This document shows, one piece after another, positions 28,073-37,814 of a stretch of DNA of 64,000 nt; position 1 is the stretch's first letter; each line of letters begins with the position of its first letter. Source of the stretch: Verrucomicrobiota bacterium (lineage in GTDB: Bacteria; Verrucomicrobiota; Verrucomicrobiia; Opitutales; UBA953); assembly GCA_016871725.1 (NCBI GenBank), contig VHCL01000005.1:20761-84760 (forward strand). Reading direction: 5' to 3'. Made by a program: the position numbers and the translations under genes. The notes below the pieces were generated by a model. That model searched no databases. It had not been told where the DNA came from and saw only the letters and a program-made list of their open reading frames with translations.

Positions 28073-29347
28073 TCAGGGACGCTGGGCGAGGGCCGTGGCC
28101 GCCCGCTCGAAGACGAGGCCGCGTTCCGCGTAGCCGCGGAACTGGTCGAAGCTGGAGAAGCCCGGGCTGAGGAGGATGACGGCGGGGCCGTGCGCGTCCT
28201 TGGCGGCGCCGACGACGGCGTCCTGCAGCGAAGGATAGCAGCGGGCGGGCTTGCCGAGCTCGTCGAAGTGGCGCTTCAGCTCCTCGGCGGTCTCGCCGAT
28301 CAGGCAGGCGGACTCGATCAGCGGGGCGATGCGGCGCACGAAGCGGCCGAGGTCCCCGCCCTTCCACTTGCCGCCGCCGATCCAACGGACGGGCACGCTG
28401 AACTGCGCGAGCGCGGCTTCGACCGCGTGGAAGTTGGTGCCCTTGGAGTCGTTCCAGAACTCGACGCCCTTGTTGTCCGCGACCTTGCGCAGGCGGTGCG
28501 GCGGGAGGCGGAACAGGCGCGCGGCCTCCTCGAGCTGCCGGAGCGGCAGGCCCCGGGCCTGCCAGTACTTCGCGAGCAGGGCCCAGTTCTCGCGCTGGGG
28601 CCAGTTGTCGAAGACCGAGCCGGCCGGCACGGCGTCCGCCACCTCGGCGCGCGTGGCGACGAGGGTCTCGGCGGGGAGTTCGATGCCGAAGGCGCGCGCC
28701 GCGGCGACGACGGATTCGCCGACGACGAGGATGCCGCCGGGCATCATGCGTTCGATGAGCCGGTACTTCGCCCGGAAATAGCTCTCGAGCTCGCCGTGGC
28801 GGTCGAGGTGGTCCTCGTCGAAGTTGGACCAGAGGACGGCCTCGGGCGTGAAGTGGCGGAGGTCCTCCGCCTGGAAGGAGCTGACCTCGACGACCGCGAG
28901 GAAGGAGCCGTTCGAGACGGTGCGGTGCAGCGAGGTGAGCGGCAGGCCGACGTTGCCGCAGGCGATCGCGTCGAGGCCGGCGCGCTTGAACGCGAAGGAG
29001 AGGAACTCGGTGATGGTCGTCTTGCCGTTGGTGCCGGTCACGGCCACGGCCGGGCCCGTCCAGAGGAGCGCGCCGAAGTCGAGCTCGGTCAGGCAGTGCA
29101 GGCCGGCGCGACGGGCGGCGAGCAGCCACGGGTGCGTCTGCGCGAAGCCGGGGCTGTAGACGAGCAGGTCATGGCGCGCGGCCTCCTCGGGGCCGAACGC
29201 GCGGTTCTCGCCGCGTTCGTCGTAGATGACCGAGGCGAAGCCGCCCGCGGCGAGCGAGTCGGCGACGGAACGGCCGCTGACGCCCTCGCCGAAGACGGCG
29301 GCGGGCCGGGTCAGCCGGCGGCGGAGGGACTCGGGGAACTCGCTCAT
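28073..29347 (-). CDS. murD: UDP-N-acetylmuramoylalanine--D-glutamate ligase
   Basis: The last 424 aa of ORF 28073..30154, with the VAVTGTNGKTT P-loop. Start MSEFPE overlaps the mraY stop. Confidence 0.9.
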   Translation of the reverse strand: MSEFPESLRRRLTRPAAVFGEGVSGRSVADSLAAGGFASVIYDERGENRAFGPEEAARHDLLVYSPGFAQTHPWLLAARRAGLHCLTELDFGALLWTGPAVAVTGTNGKTTITEFLSFAFKRAGLDAIACGNVGLPLTSLHRTVSNGSFLAVVEVSSFQAEDLRHFTPEAVLWSNFDEDHLDRHGELESYFRAKYRLIERMMPGGILVVGESVVAAARAFGIELPAETLVATRAEVADAVPAGSVFDNWPQRENWALLAKYWQARGLPLRQLEEAARLFRLPPHRLRKVADNKGVEFWNDSKGTNFHAVEAALAQFSVPVRWIGGGKWKGGDLGRFVRRIAPLIESACLIGETAEELKRHFDELGKPARCYPSLQDAVVGAAKDAHGPAVILLSPGFSSFDQFRGYAERGLVFERAATALAQRP

Positions 29348-30456
29348 CGCAGCTTCAGGGAAAGCAGCCCGAGCAGGCCGCAGAGGAGCGAGAGGATCCA
29401 GAAGCGCGCCACGACCTTGGTCGCGGGCCAGCCCTTCTTCTGGAAGTGGTGGTGGATGGGCGTCATCAGGAACAGCCGCTTGCCGCCCGTGCGCTTGAAG
29501 TAGGCGACCTGCAGGATGACCGAGACGGCCTCGACGACGAACACGCCGCCGACGATGGCGAGGAGGAACGGCTGGCGCATCAGGCACGCGACCGCGCCGA
29601 GCGCGCCGCCGAGCCCGAGCGCGCCCACGTCGCCCATGTAGATCTCCGCCGGCGCCGCGTTGTGCCAGAGGAAGACCAGGCTGCCCCCGAAGAGCGCGGC
29701 GCAGAAGACGGCGAGCTCGCCGGCGCCCGCGACGTGGCGGATGCGCAGGTAGGCGGCGAACTCCGCGTGGCCCGCGAGGTAGGCCGCCACGCCGAGGATG
29801 GCCGTGGTGATGAGCACGCAGCCGATGGCGAGGCCGTCGAGGCCGTCGGTGAGGTTGACGGCGTTCGAGCACCCGACGCAGACGAGGATGAAGAAGACGC
29901 CCGCGACGGCGAGGCACGCGGCGAGCGGCCAGCCCAGCGAGCCGGCGGACCACAGCGGCTCCTTGAGCACGGGCAGCCAGACCTCGGCCAGGCCTTCGCG
30001 GTACGCCGGGTCGAGCAGGACGAGGCCGAAGGCGGTCAGCGCCACGAAGCCCTGGCCCGCGAGCTTGAGGCGGGCGGAGATGCCGTCGGAACTGCCGTGC
30101 CGGACCTTGAGCCAGTCGTCGTAGAGCCCGACGAGGCCCATGCCGACGAGGCACCAGAGGGAGGCGAAGACGAGGACCCCGGGACGCGCCCAGAGCAGCA
30201 CGGCGGGGATGGTCGCGGCGGCGATGATCAGCCCGCCCATGGTCGGCACCTTGCCGCCCTCCTTGGCGAGGTCGCCCATCAGGGCCTTGGAACGCTCGGG
30301 CTGGCGCAGGCGCGCGAGCACGCCGATCAGGCGGCCGGAGAAGAGCATGCCCAGCAGGAGGGCCGTGACGCCGGCGAGGATCGCGCGGACGGTGATGTAG
30401 TCGAAGAGGCGGAAAGGCCCCCAGGCGTGGACGAGTTCGCTGAGACGGTAAAGCAT
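29344..30456 (-). CDS. mraY: phospho-N-acetylmuramoyl-pentapeptide-transferase
   Basis: The last 370 aa of ORF 29344..30972, with NAVNLTDGLDGLA and MGDVGALGLG motifs. Confidence 0.9.
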   Translation of the reverse strand: MLYRLSELVHAWGPFRLFDYITVRAILAGVTALLLGMLFSGRLIGVLARLRQPERSKALMGDLAKEGGKVPTMGGLIIAAATIPAVLLWARPGVLVFASLWCLVGMGLVGLYDDWLKVRHGSSDGISARLKLAGQGFVALTAFGLVLLDPAYREGLAEVWLPVLKEPLWSAGSLGWPLAACLAVAGVFFILVCVGCSNAVNLTDGLDGLAIGCVLITTAILGVAAYLAGHAEFAAYLRIRHVAGAGELAVFCAALFGGSLVFLWHNAAPAEIYMGDVGALGLGGALGAVACLMRQPFLLAIVGGVFVVEAVSVILQVAYFKRTGGKRLFLMTPIHHHFQKKGWPATKVVARFWILSLLCGLLGLLSLKLR

Positions 30457-30457
30457 C

Positions 30458-31831
30458 CTAGTGGAAGGAAAGCGCGGCGCGCAGGCGGGGCGGGAGGCAG
30501 CGTTCGAGCGCGAACGAGCGGCTGCCCTTGAGGAAGACATGGCCGCGATGGGCGGCCACGCGGGCGGCGGCCTCCTCGACCGTGGCGGCGAGGAAACCCG
30601 CCTCCGGGTGCGCGACTCCCTGCAGGAACGCCGCCGCATCGCCGCCGAAGACGACCACTTGGTCGCCCGCACGGAGAGGAAGCTGCGCGCCGCAGTCGCG
30701 GTGGAGTCGCGCGGAGGTGGGGCCGAGCTCGGCCATGCCGCCGAGCACGAAAAGACGGGGTTCCGCCGAAGAGCGGCTGCGCCGGTCGAAGGCCTGCGCG
30801 GCGTCGAGCAACGAGGCCGGGCTGGAATTGTAGCAGTCGACGGTGAAGGTGCGCGGGCCGTCGACGTGCACGCTGCCCCGGCCGGGCGGGGGCGCCCAGG
30901 CCGCGAGCGCGGCGACGAGGTCGGCCGAGGCGCGGCCGGCGAGCTGCGCGGCGACGACGGCGAGCGCGGCATTGCGCGCGAGGCCGTCGGACAGCGGGCC
31001 GAGCGGGAAGACCTCGCCGTCGAGCACGAGCGCGCGGCCGCCGTCGGCGGCGACGCCGAAGGAAGCCCGGACGAGCCGCGCGGGCGCGGGCGCGGGCGGC
31101 GGTTCGTCGCCGAAGGCCACCGCGACGGTGCGGGCGGCGTGGGCGGCGAAGTCCGGCCAGGCGAGCAAGGCGGCCGGCACGACGGCCTGGCCGCCGGGCG
31201 CGAGGGCGCCGATGAGCGAGGCCTTCTCGCGGGCGATGCCGGCGAGCGAACCGACGCCCTCGAGGTGCACGGGAGCGACGGCCGTGACGATCGCGACGTC
31301 GGGGCGCACGACGGCGGCCGAGACGCCGAGCTCGCCCGGCAGGCTCATGCCCGCCTCGATCACGGCGAAGCGGTGGCGGGCCGGGTCGGCGCGAAGCAGC
31401 ATCAGCGGGACGCCGATGGTGTTGTTGAGGTTGGCCTCGGTCGCGAAGGCTTCGGCGCCGAGCAGGGCGGCGAGCAGCTCCTTCGTCGAGGTCTTGCCGA
31501 CGCTGCCGGTGACGCCGATCACGACGCCGGGGAACGCCGCGCGGGCGCGGGCCGCGACCCGGCGGAGGGCCTCGAGCGGATCGGCGACCACGAGCTGCGG
31601 CAGCGGGTCGGCGACGGGCCGGCCGACCAAGGCGCCGGCGGCGCCGGCGGCGGCCGCGGCGGCGAGGAAGTCATGGCCGTCGCGACGCTCCGTGCGGACG
31701 GCGACGAAGACCTCGCCGGCGCGCAGGGCGCGCGTGTCGATGCCGAAGCCGGCGACGGGCGCGGCGGGCGCGGCGGTCCAGCGGCCGTCCGTCCAGGCGG
31801 CCAGGTCGGCGGCGGCGTAGGCGGGGCTCAT
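30458..31831 (-). CDS. murF: UDP-N-acetylmuramoyl-tripeptide--D-alanyl-D-alanine ligase
   Basis: The last 457 aa of ORF 30458..32101, with the GVTGSVGKTSTKE P-loop. Start overlaps the murE stop. Confidence 0.9.
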   Translation of the reverse strand: MSPAYAAADLAAWTDGRWTAAPAAPVAGFGIDTRALRAGEVFVAVRTERRDGHDFLAAAAAAGAAGALVGRPVADPLPQLVVADPLEALRRVAARARAAFPGVVIGVTGSVGKTSTKELLAALLGAEAFATEANLNNTIGVPLMLLRADPARHRFAVIEAGMSLPGELGVSAAVVRPDVAIVTAVAPVHLEGVGSLAGIAREKASLIGALAPGGQAVVPAALLAWPDFAAHAARTVAVAFGDEPPPAPAPARLVRASFGVAADGGRALVLDGEVFPLGPLSDGLARNAALAVVAAQLAGRASADLVAALAAWAPPPGRGSVHVDGPRTFTVDCYNSSPASLLDAAQAFDRRSRSSAEPRLFVLGGMAELGPTSARLHRDCGAQLPLRAGDQVVVFGGDAAAFLQGVAHPEAGFLAATVEEAAARVAAHRGHVFLKGSRSFALERCLPPRLRAALSFH

Positions 31832-33348
31832 GCGGAGACGCCCCTCCGGAGCTCGAGGATCTCGCGCACGACCTGGCGGTCGTCGAACGGGACCACGGTG
31901 TCGGCGAATTCCTGGGTCGTCTCGTGGCCCTTGCCCGCGATCACGACGCAGTCGCCGGCCTTGGCGGCGGCGAGGGCGCAGCCGATGGCGTCGCGGCGGT
32001 CGGGGACGAACTCGACGGACGGCAGCGGGCCGAGACCTTCGCGCATGTCGGCGAAGATGCGTTCGAGCGGCTCCTTGCGCGGGTTGTCGGCGGTCGCCCA
32101 CGCGAGGTGCGCGGTCTCGGCGACGGCCCGGGTCATCGCGGGCCGCTTGCCGCGGTCGCGGTCGCCGCCGCAGCCGAAGACGCAGAGCACGCGGCCGGGC
32201 GTGATGTCGCGGAGCATGCGCAGGGCGTTGCGGAGGGCGTCGTCGGTGTGCGCGTAGTCGACGAAGACGGGGTAAGGCTGGCCGGCTTCGACGCGCTCCA
32301 TGCGGCCGGCGACGCCGGGGAAGGCGGCCAGGGCGGGCGCGAGGGCGAGCGGATCCCGGCCGAGCGCGGCGGCCATCGCGAGGGCGCAGAGGACGTTGGC
32401 GACGTTGTAGTCGCCCGGGAGGGTCGACTTGAACCCGGCGGACCGGCCCGCGTGGCGGACCGTGAGGACGGCGCCGCCGGTGTCGAGGGCGAGGTCCGTC
32501 GCGCGGAGGTCGGCGTCGGCGGAGAGGCCGAAGGTCAGCACCGCGCCGCGGCGCCGGCAGGCTTCGGCGAGCACGCGGCCCGACGGGTCGTCGACGTTGA
32601 TCACGCAGACGTCGGGCACGGCGCCGTTGCGGCCGTCGAAGAGCATCGTCTTGACGTCGAGGTAGGCGGCGAGGTCGCCGTGGTAGTCGATATGGTCGCG
32701 GGTGAGGTTCGTGAAGGCCGCCACCCGGAAGCGGAAGCCGTGGACGCGCTCCTGGTGGAGGGCGTGCGAGCTCACCTCGAGGCAGGCGCCCGCGCAGCCC
32801 GCGTCGGCCATCTGGCGGAAGAACGCGGCGAGGTCGGCCGCGTCGGGCGTCGTCTTATAGGAAGGGATGGAACGCCGGCCGAGGTGGTAGCGGACGGTGC
32901 CGACCAGGCCCCACTGCGTGCCGTCGGCCTGGAGCAGGTGGCGCAGCAGCGTGGAGACGGTGGTCTTGCCGTTCGTGCCCGTCACGCCGGCGAGCGCGAG
33001 GGCTTCCTCCGGGTGGCCGTAGAAACGGCGGGCCACCTCGGCGAGCACGCGGCGCGGTTCGGCGACCTGCGCGGCGGCGACGGCGGGGAGGCCGGCGACG
33101 GGCTCCCCGGAGACGATCGCGGCGGCGCCGCGGGCGATGACGTCGTCGAGGAAGGCGTGCCCGTTGGCCCGCAGCCCGGGCAGCGCGAAGAAGAGCGCGC
33201 CCGGGATCACGCGGCGGCTGTCCGTCACGATCGTGGTCACGCGCACGGAACCGTCGCCCGTCCGGCCGAGCACGGGCAGTCCCTGGAGCAGCGCGTTGAA
33301 CGTCGGGCGTTCCGTCGAGGCGGGCATCATCGCGGGCGGAGGCGTCAT
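31828..33348 (-). CDS. murE: UDP-N-acetylmuramoyl-L-alanyl-D-glutamate--2,6-diaminopimelate ligase
   Basis: Mur ligase with GVTGTNGKTT and a DNPR motif (WATADNPRKE). Start chosen at MTPPPA, whose ATG overlaps the ftsI stop. The ORF track extends to 33417. Confidence 0.85.
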   Translation of the reverse strand: MTPPPAMMPASTERPTFNALLQGLPVLGRTGDGSVRVTTIVTDSRRVIPGALFFALPGLRANGHAFLDDVIARGAAAIVSGEPVAGLPAVAAAQVAEPRRVLAEVARRFYGHPEEALALAGVTGTNGKTTVSTLLRHLLQADGTQWGLVGTVRYHLGRRSIPSYKTTPDAADLAAFFRQMADAGCAGACLEVSSHALHQERVHGFRFRVAAFTNLTRDHIDYHGDLAAYLDVKTMLFDGRNGAVPDVCVINVDDPSGRVLAEACRRRGAVLTFGLSADADLRATDLALDTGGAVLTVRHAGRSAGFKSTLPGDYNVANVLCALAMAAALGRDPLALAPALAAFPGVAGRMERVEAGQPYPVFVDYAHTDDALRNALRMLRDITPGRVLCVFGCGGDRDRGKRPAMTRAVAETAHLAWATADNPRKEPLERIFADMREGLGPLPSVEFVPDRRDAIGCALAAAKAGDCVVIAGKGHETTQEFADTVVPFDDRQVVREILELRRGVSA

Positions 33349-35141
33349 CGCCCGAGGTCGGCCACGGGGCCGCGCGGGAGGGTGGAGACGGGCGGGAGGT
33401 CGAGCCAGCGGATGCATTTCTCGGCGACCTCGCGGAAGACCGGGGCGGAGACCTTGCCGCCGTAGCCGACGCCCTCGCCCTGCGGTTCGTCGATGATGAC
33501 GGTGATGGCCAGCTTCGGGTCGCCGACGGGGAAGAAGCCGGCGAACGACGCGACGTGGTGGGCGGAGGAATAGCGGCCGTTGACGATCTTCTGGGTCGTG
33601 CCCGTCTTGCCGGCGACCTCGTAGCCCGGGATGTCGGCGATCGGGGCGGTGCCGCCCTTGCCGCAGACGGCGCGCAGGAGCGTGGCGAGCTGGGCGGCGG
33701 TCGCGGGGGTGATCGCGCGGCCGCGCGAACGCGGGGCGTAGTCGAGCACGGTGGCCTTGGTCTTCGGATCCTCGACGCGGAGCACCAGCTGCGGCTGCAT
33801 CAGCAGCCCGTCGGCGGCGACGACCGACATGGCCATGTGCATCTGCATCGCGGTCACGCTGACCGAGTGGCCCATCGGGACGCGGGAGATGGTGAGCCCG
33901 TCCCAGCGCTTGGGCGGGATGAGCAGGCCGGGCACCTCGGCGCCGGTGATCAGCCCCGTCGGGGCGCCGAAGCCGAACGACTTGATCAGGGCGAAGAAGC
34001 GGTCCTCGCCGAAGCGTTCGGCGTACTGCATGCCGACCTGGACGGTGCCGCGGTTGGAGGATTCGCGGACGATCTGGCGGATGTCGGCGGCGCCGAGGGC
34101 GTGCGAATCGGCCGGGAGCGAGACCATGCGGCCCCGGTAGGGCACGCTCGTCGCGCCGCAGTCGTAGACGGAGTTCGGCGTGATGAGCCGCTCCTCGAGC
34201 GCGCCGGCGACGGCGACGATCTTGAAGACCGAGCCCGGCTCGTAGACGTCGGAGACCGCGCGGTTGCGCTGGCTGTCCATCGGCGCGGCCTTCGGGTCGA
34301 AGAAGCGGTTGAGGTCGAAGGTCGGCCAGTTCGCGAGCCCGAGGATGCGGCCGGTGCGCGGCTCGCTGACGATGATGACGCCGCCCTTGGGGTTGTAGCG
34401 GGCCGCGGCGGCGGCGAGCGCGTCCTCGCAGGTCTTCTGCACGAGGCTGTTGATCGTGAGCACCACGGTGCTGCCGTCGACCGCGGCGACCTCGCGTAGC
34501 CGGATGCTCGTGAGCTCGCGGTGGCGGCCGTCGCGCTCGGACTCGATCCAGCCCTTCTGGCCCTCGAGGAGCGGGTTCATCACGCTCTCGATGCCGGCGG
34601 CCGGGACGCCCTCCTTGTTGACGTAGCCGAGGACGTGCGCGGCGAGCTGGCCCTTGGGGTAGCTGCGGCGGTACTTCAGCTCGGCGCGGAGCGCCTTGAT
34701 GCCGAGGGCCTTGACGCGCTTCACGACGTCCTCGCCGGCCTCGCGCGCGAGCACCGTCCAGCGGATGCGGTGCTCCTCGCCGGCGGCGTCGGTGCGGACG
34801 AGGGTGTCGAAAGCGAGACGGACCTTGAGGGCGGGCAGCCCGAGCGCGGCCGCGACCTCGCCGGCGCGCTCGCGGTCGGCCTTGGTGAGCACGTCGGGGT
34901 CCACGCCGATGTCCCAGACGTCCTCGGACAGGGCGAGCACGTTGTCCTGCGCGTCGCGGATGTCACCGCGCCGGCACGGCTTCTCCTGGAGCACGCGACG
35001 GGCCTGCAAGGCCTCCGCGCGCAGACGAGGGGCGTCGACCCAATGCAACCAGACCAGCCGTACGACCACGACCAGGAAGCAGGAGGGGACGACCCATGCC
35101 AGCAAACGGTAACGCGTTCGCCTGGCGTGGGGCAGGCTCAT
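33345..35141 (-). CDS. ftsI: penicillin-binding protein 3-like transpeptidase
   Basis: 598 aa with N-terminal TM helix and SVFK (SxxK), SSN (SxN) and KTGT motifs. Confidence 0.9.
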   Translation of the reverse strand: MSLPHARRTRYRLLAWVVPSCFLVVVVRLVWLHWVDAPRLRAEALQARRVLQEKPCRRGDIRDAQDNVLALSEDVWDIGVDPDVLTKADRERAGEVAAALGLPALKVRLAFDTLVRTDAAGEEHRIRWTVLAREAGEDVVKRVKALGIKALRAELKYRRSYPKGQLAAHVLGYVNKEGVPAAGIESVMNPLLEGQKGWIESERDGRHRELTSIRLREVAAVDGSTVVLTINSLVQKTCEDALAAAAARYNPKGGVIIVSEPRTGRILGLANWPTFDLNRFFDPKAAPMDSQRNRAVSDVYEPGSVFKIVAVAGALEERLITPNSVYDCGATSVPYRGRMVSLPADSHALGAADIRQIVRESSNRGTVQVGMQYAERFGEDRFFALIKSFGFGAPTGLITGAEVPGLLIPPKRWDGLTISRVPMGHSVSVTAMQMHMAMSVVAADGLLMQPQLVLRVEDPKTKATVLDYAPRSRGRAITPATAAQLATLLRAVCGKGGTAPIADIPGYEVAGKTGTTQKIVNGRYSSAHHVASFAGFFPVGDPKLAITVIIDEPQGEGVGYGGKVSAPVFREVAEKCIRWLDLPPVSTLPRGPVADLGR

Positions 35142-35518
35142 CGCGCGCCGGGTCCTCCCTGCCCTCCCGAACCGAGGAAGGCGATTTCGCGGGCCGTCAT
35201 CCGGGGACTCGCGGAGAAAAGGGCGGCCGGGGACGCGGCCGAAGGTGAGACGCGGATCCAGACCACCTGCTCGGGGACCGGCGGCTTGAGGGCGTCGCCG
35301 ACGCGCTGCTGCAGGTAGAGGATGTCGACGGCCTGCTGGACGTGCCGGCGGGCGACGTCGTACTCCTTCTTGGAGAGGGAGGTGTCGCGTTCGAGGCGCT
35401 GGATGCGGCTGCCGATGGTGTCGGCCTCGACGCGCAGGCGCATGATGTTGATCGTGCCGACCGCGAAGGCCGCCACGGTGGCCAGGAGGCAGGCCCAGGT
35501 GAGGAGACGCGGGCTCAT
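35138..35518 (-). CDS. FtsL-like cell division protein
   Basis: 126 aa with one N-terminal TM helix followed by a coiled-coil-like segment. Position between rsmH and ftsI, with ATGA overlaps on both sides. Confidence 0.6.
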   Translation of the reverse strand: MSPRLLTWACLLATVAAFAVGTINIMRLRVEADTIGSRIQRLERDTSLSKKEYDVARRHVQQAVDILYLQQRVGDALKPPVPEQVVWIRVSPSAASPAALFSASPRMTAREIAFLGSGGQGGPGAR

Positions 35519-36432
35519 GCGGCGAGGCGGCGCACGGCGCGGAGGCGCGCCGAACGGCTGCGGGGGTTGCGGAGCTGTTCGGCCTCGGAAGGCTGGACGG
35601 CCTTGCGGGTGAGGAGGTCGGCCTGCTTGACGCGGTCGTCCTGGTTGCGGGCGTCGTCGCGGTCGACGGGGCGGCCGGCGACCTCGTTCATGTAACGCTT
35701 CACCAGCCGGTCCTCGAGGGAGTGGAAGGAGATGACGGCGAGCACGCCGCCGGCGTTGAGCTTGCCGAAGGCGAGCGGCAGGGCGTCGGCGAGCGCGCCG
35801 AGCTCGTCGTTGACCGCGATGCGGACGCCCTGGAAGGTGCGCGTCGCCGGGTGCGGGCCGCGGGGACCGGGCGCGGGCGGGGCCGCCTCGGCGACGAGTT
35901 CGGCGAAGCTGGCGGTGCGGGCGAGGCGGCCGGTGCCGCGGGCGGCGACGATCGCGTTGACGACGCGGAACCAGCGGGGCTCCTCGCCGTAGTCGCGGAC
36001 CGCGCGCTCGAGCTCGGCGCGTTCGCCGCGCTCGAGGAACTCGGCGGCGCTGCGCCCCACGCGCGTGTCCATGCGCATGTCGTTGGGGGCGTCGTGGCGG
36101 AAGGAGAAACCGCGTTCCGGGACATCCAATTGGTACGAGGACACCCCAATGTCCATCAGGACACCATCGAATCGCCCCGGAACGCGGTCAAGGTGGCGGA
36201 AATTCTCGGAATGGAAGCGCAGCCGGCCCGGATGGGCGGCGAGCAGCGCGGCCGCCCGGCCGGCGGCGGCGGGGTCGCGGTCCATCGCGTCGACCGAGCA
36301 GCCGGGCGCCCGCGCGAGGATCGCCGCGGCGTGGCCGCCGCCGCCGAAGGTGCAGTCCAGGTAGGCGCGCCCGTCCTGCGGGGCGAGGAGCGTCAGGCAC
36401 TCCTCGAGCAGGACTGGGACGTGGCTGGTCAT
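35515..36432 (-). CDS. rsmH: 16S rRNA (cytosine1402-N4)-methyltransferase
   Basis: 305 aa with [27 protein letters not shown] and SFHSLEDR motifs. Confidence 0.95.
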   Translation of the reverse strand: MTSHVPVLLEECLTLLAPQDGRAYLDCTFGGGGHAAAILARAPGCSVDAMDRDPAAAGRAAALLAAHPGRLRFHSENFRHLDRVPGRFDGVLMDIGVSSYQLDVPERGFSFRHDAPNDMRMDTRVGRSAAEFLERGERAELERAVRDYGEEPRWFRVVNAIVAARGTGRLARTASFAELVAEAAPPAPGPRGPHPATRTFQGVRIAVNDELGALADALPLAFGKLNAGGVLAVISFHSLEDRLVKRYMNEVAGRPVDRDDARNQDDRVKQADLLTRKAVQPSEAEQLRNPRSRSARLRAVRRLAA

Positions 36433-36484
36433 GCGGCGGTCTGTGAATAAGGTGTGAGCAGCGTAAGTAACTTCCGGATACGCA

Positions 36485-36937
36485 TCACAGGCCGAGCTCG
36501 CGCAGGGCGCGGAGGATCTCCTTGGCGGACTCGGAATCGCGGTCGGCCTTGGGCGGCGTCGGCGAGACGAGGTGGAAGGTGGTGAAGGCGCCGCGGAAGA
36601 TCACCTCGCGCTCGAGGCGGGCCTCCTTGGCGATGTGCTCGTTGAGCGTGATGCGGCCGGCCTTGTCGCACGTGACCTGGATGCTGTTCGCGCCGAGCAG
36701 GCTGAGCGCGTCCATCTTCACCGGGTCGCTCACGGTCACCTGCAGCGCGGCGTCGCGGATGCGCGCGGCCATCGACGGCGGGAACACCACGATCGCGGCG
36801 AGCGCGGGATGATACATCGCGAGGAAGGTCGCTTCCGCGTCGAAACGCCAGGCCGCCGGGATGGTGACACGGTTCTTCTCATCCAACTTTCCGTTGTGGA
36901 TGCCGGTGAAGAGACCGTGGTTGGCGCCAATAGACAT
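36485..36937 (-). CDS. mraZ: transcriptional regulator MraZ
   Basis: 150 aa with two SpoVT/AbrB-like halves ([11 protein letters not shown] and DKAGRITL). First gene of the dcw cluster. Confidence 0.9.
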   Translation of the reverse strand: MSIGANHGLFTGIHNGKLDEKNRVTIPAAWRFDAEATFLAMYHPALAAIVVFPPSMAARIRDAALQVTVSDPVKMDALSLLGANSIQVTCDKAGRITLNEHIAKEARLEREVIFRGAFTTFHLVSPTPPKADRDSESAKEILRALRELGL

Positions 36938-36953
36938 TGCGAATGGGGGAGTA

Positions 36954-36992
36954 CCCCCAGTTCACCCACACTCCCCCACGCTGCCCCACTGG
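36954..36992 (-). promoter_or_regulatory. candidate MraZ operator: GTGGG direct repeats at 10-bp spacing
   Basis: The plus strand has CCCAC at 36965-69, 36975-79 and 36985-89 (exactly 10 bp apart), plus CCCCCAG at 36954-60. On the mraZ strand this reads GTGGGGCAGC GTGGGGGAGT GTGGGTGAAC TGGGGG, 17-55 bp upstream of the mraZ ATG. Confidence 0.55.
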
Positions 36993-37051
36993 TCAAGAAT
37001 TTAGCCCCCGATCCCGCCATTTTCTTGTTCACAGCGCGGCCAGGCCGTCTT

Positions 37052-37073
37052 TTACGAATGATATCATTCGTAA
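37052..37073. promoter_or_regulatory. 22-bp perfect AT-rich palindrome TTACGAATGATATCATTCGTAA
   Basis: Perfect inverted repeat in the 382-bp divergent region between mraZ and the lipoprotein gene. Followed by a third half-site, AATTACGCAA. Confidence 0.45.
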
Positions 37074-37319
37074 AATTACGCAAGTATCAGGTTATGAGGT
37101 GTTTAAGCCTCAGAACGGCTCGGCGCGGCCATTTTCGCCTCCCCCACCCCGCCCGGAGCCCGACCGGACGATCCGCCTCGCGGCGCCGGCCGCCGCGCTT
37201 TGTAATGAGAATAACCTTACGCCGGGCGGCGGCCCGCGGCCGCGGAGCGAGGGCGAAACTGTTTGCCAACCGCCGCCGGCTGTGCTTTGTCTCGGGGCAC
37301 TCAACCACGTCCCTTGCCC

Positions 37320-37736
37320 ATGAAAACCGCCCTCTCCCTCCTCGCCGCCCTCCTCCTCGCCGGATGCGCCACCCAGATCGGCGTGGACAACTCGCAGAAC
37401 CGCGAGGCTTCCTATTCCAACGTCACGGGCGTGCTGACCACCCGTTACACCTCCGACACCGAGGCCGTCTTCAACGCCGTCAAGCGCACCATCGACGCCA
37501 TGCCCGGCACCCTGCGCACCGGCGAGACCGACGACCGCGGCCCGAACAAGGAGCTGAACAGCGTCATCGTCTACGCCCGCACCATCGGCGACCTGGAGAT
37601 CAAGATCACCATCGAGAAGGCCGAAGACCCCGAGACCAAGGCCGTCTTCACCCAGGTGAAGATCAAGTACGGCGCCTTCGGCAACCTGCCGGAGAGCCAG
37701 CAGCTCGTCTCCAAGATCACCTCCAACCTGCGCTGA
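37320..37736 (+). CDS. lipoprotein (possibly DUF3568-like)
   Basis: 138 aa from MKTALSLLAALLLAGC (lipobox LAGC). Start trimmed from ORF 37263..37736. Confidence 0.7.
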   Translation: MKTALSLLAALLLAGCATQIGVDNSQNREASYSNVTGVLTTRYTSDTEAVFNAVKRTIDAMPGTLRTGETDDRGPNKELNSVIVYARTIGDLEIKITIEKAEDPETKAVFTQVKIKYGAFGNLPESQQLVSKITSNLR

Positions 37737-37761
37737 GCGCCGGGGCGGAACCGCCAAACGG

Positions 37762-37801
37762 ACGCCGCCCAGCCACCCGGCTCGGCGGCGTTCATTTTTT
37801 A
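37762..37801 (+). terminator. Rho-independent terminator
   Basis: ACGCCGCC (37762-69) pairs with GGCGGCGT (37784-91), followed by TCATTTTTTAT. Confidence 0.6.
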
Positions 37802-37814
37802 TCCCCTTCCACAC

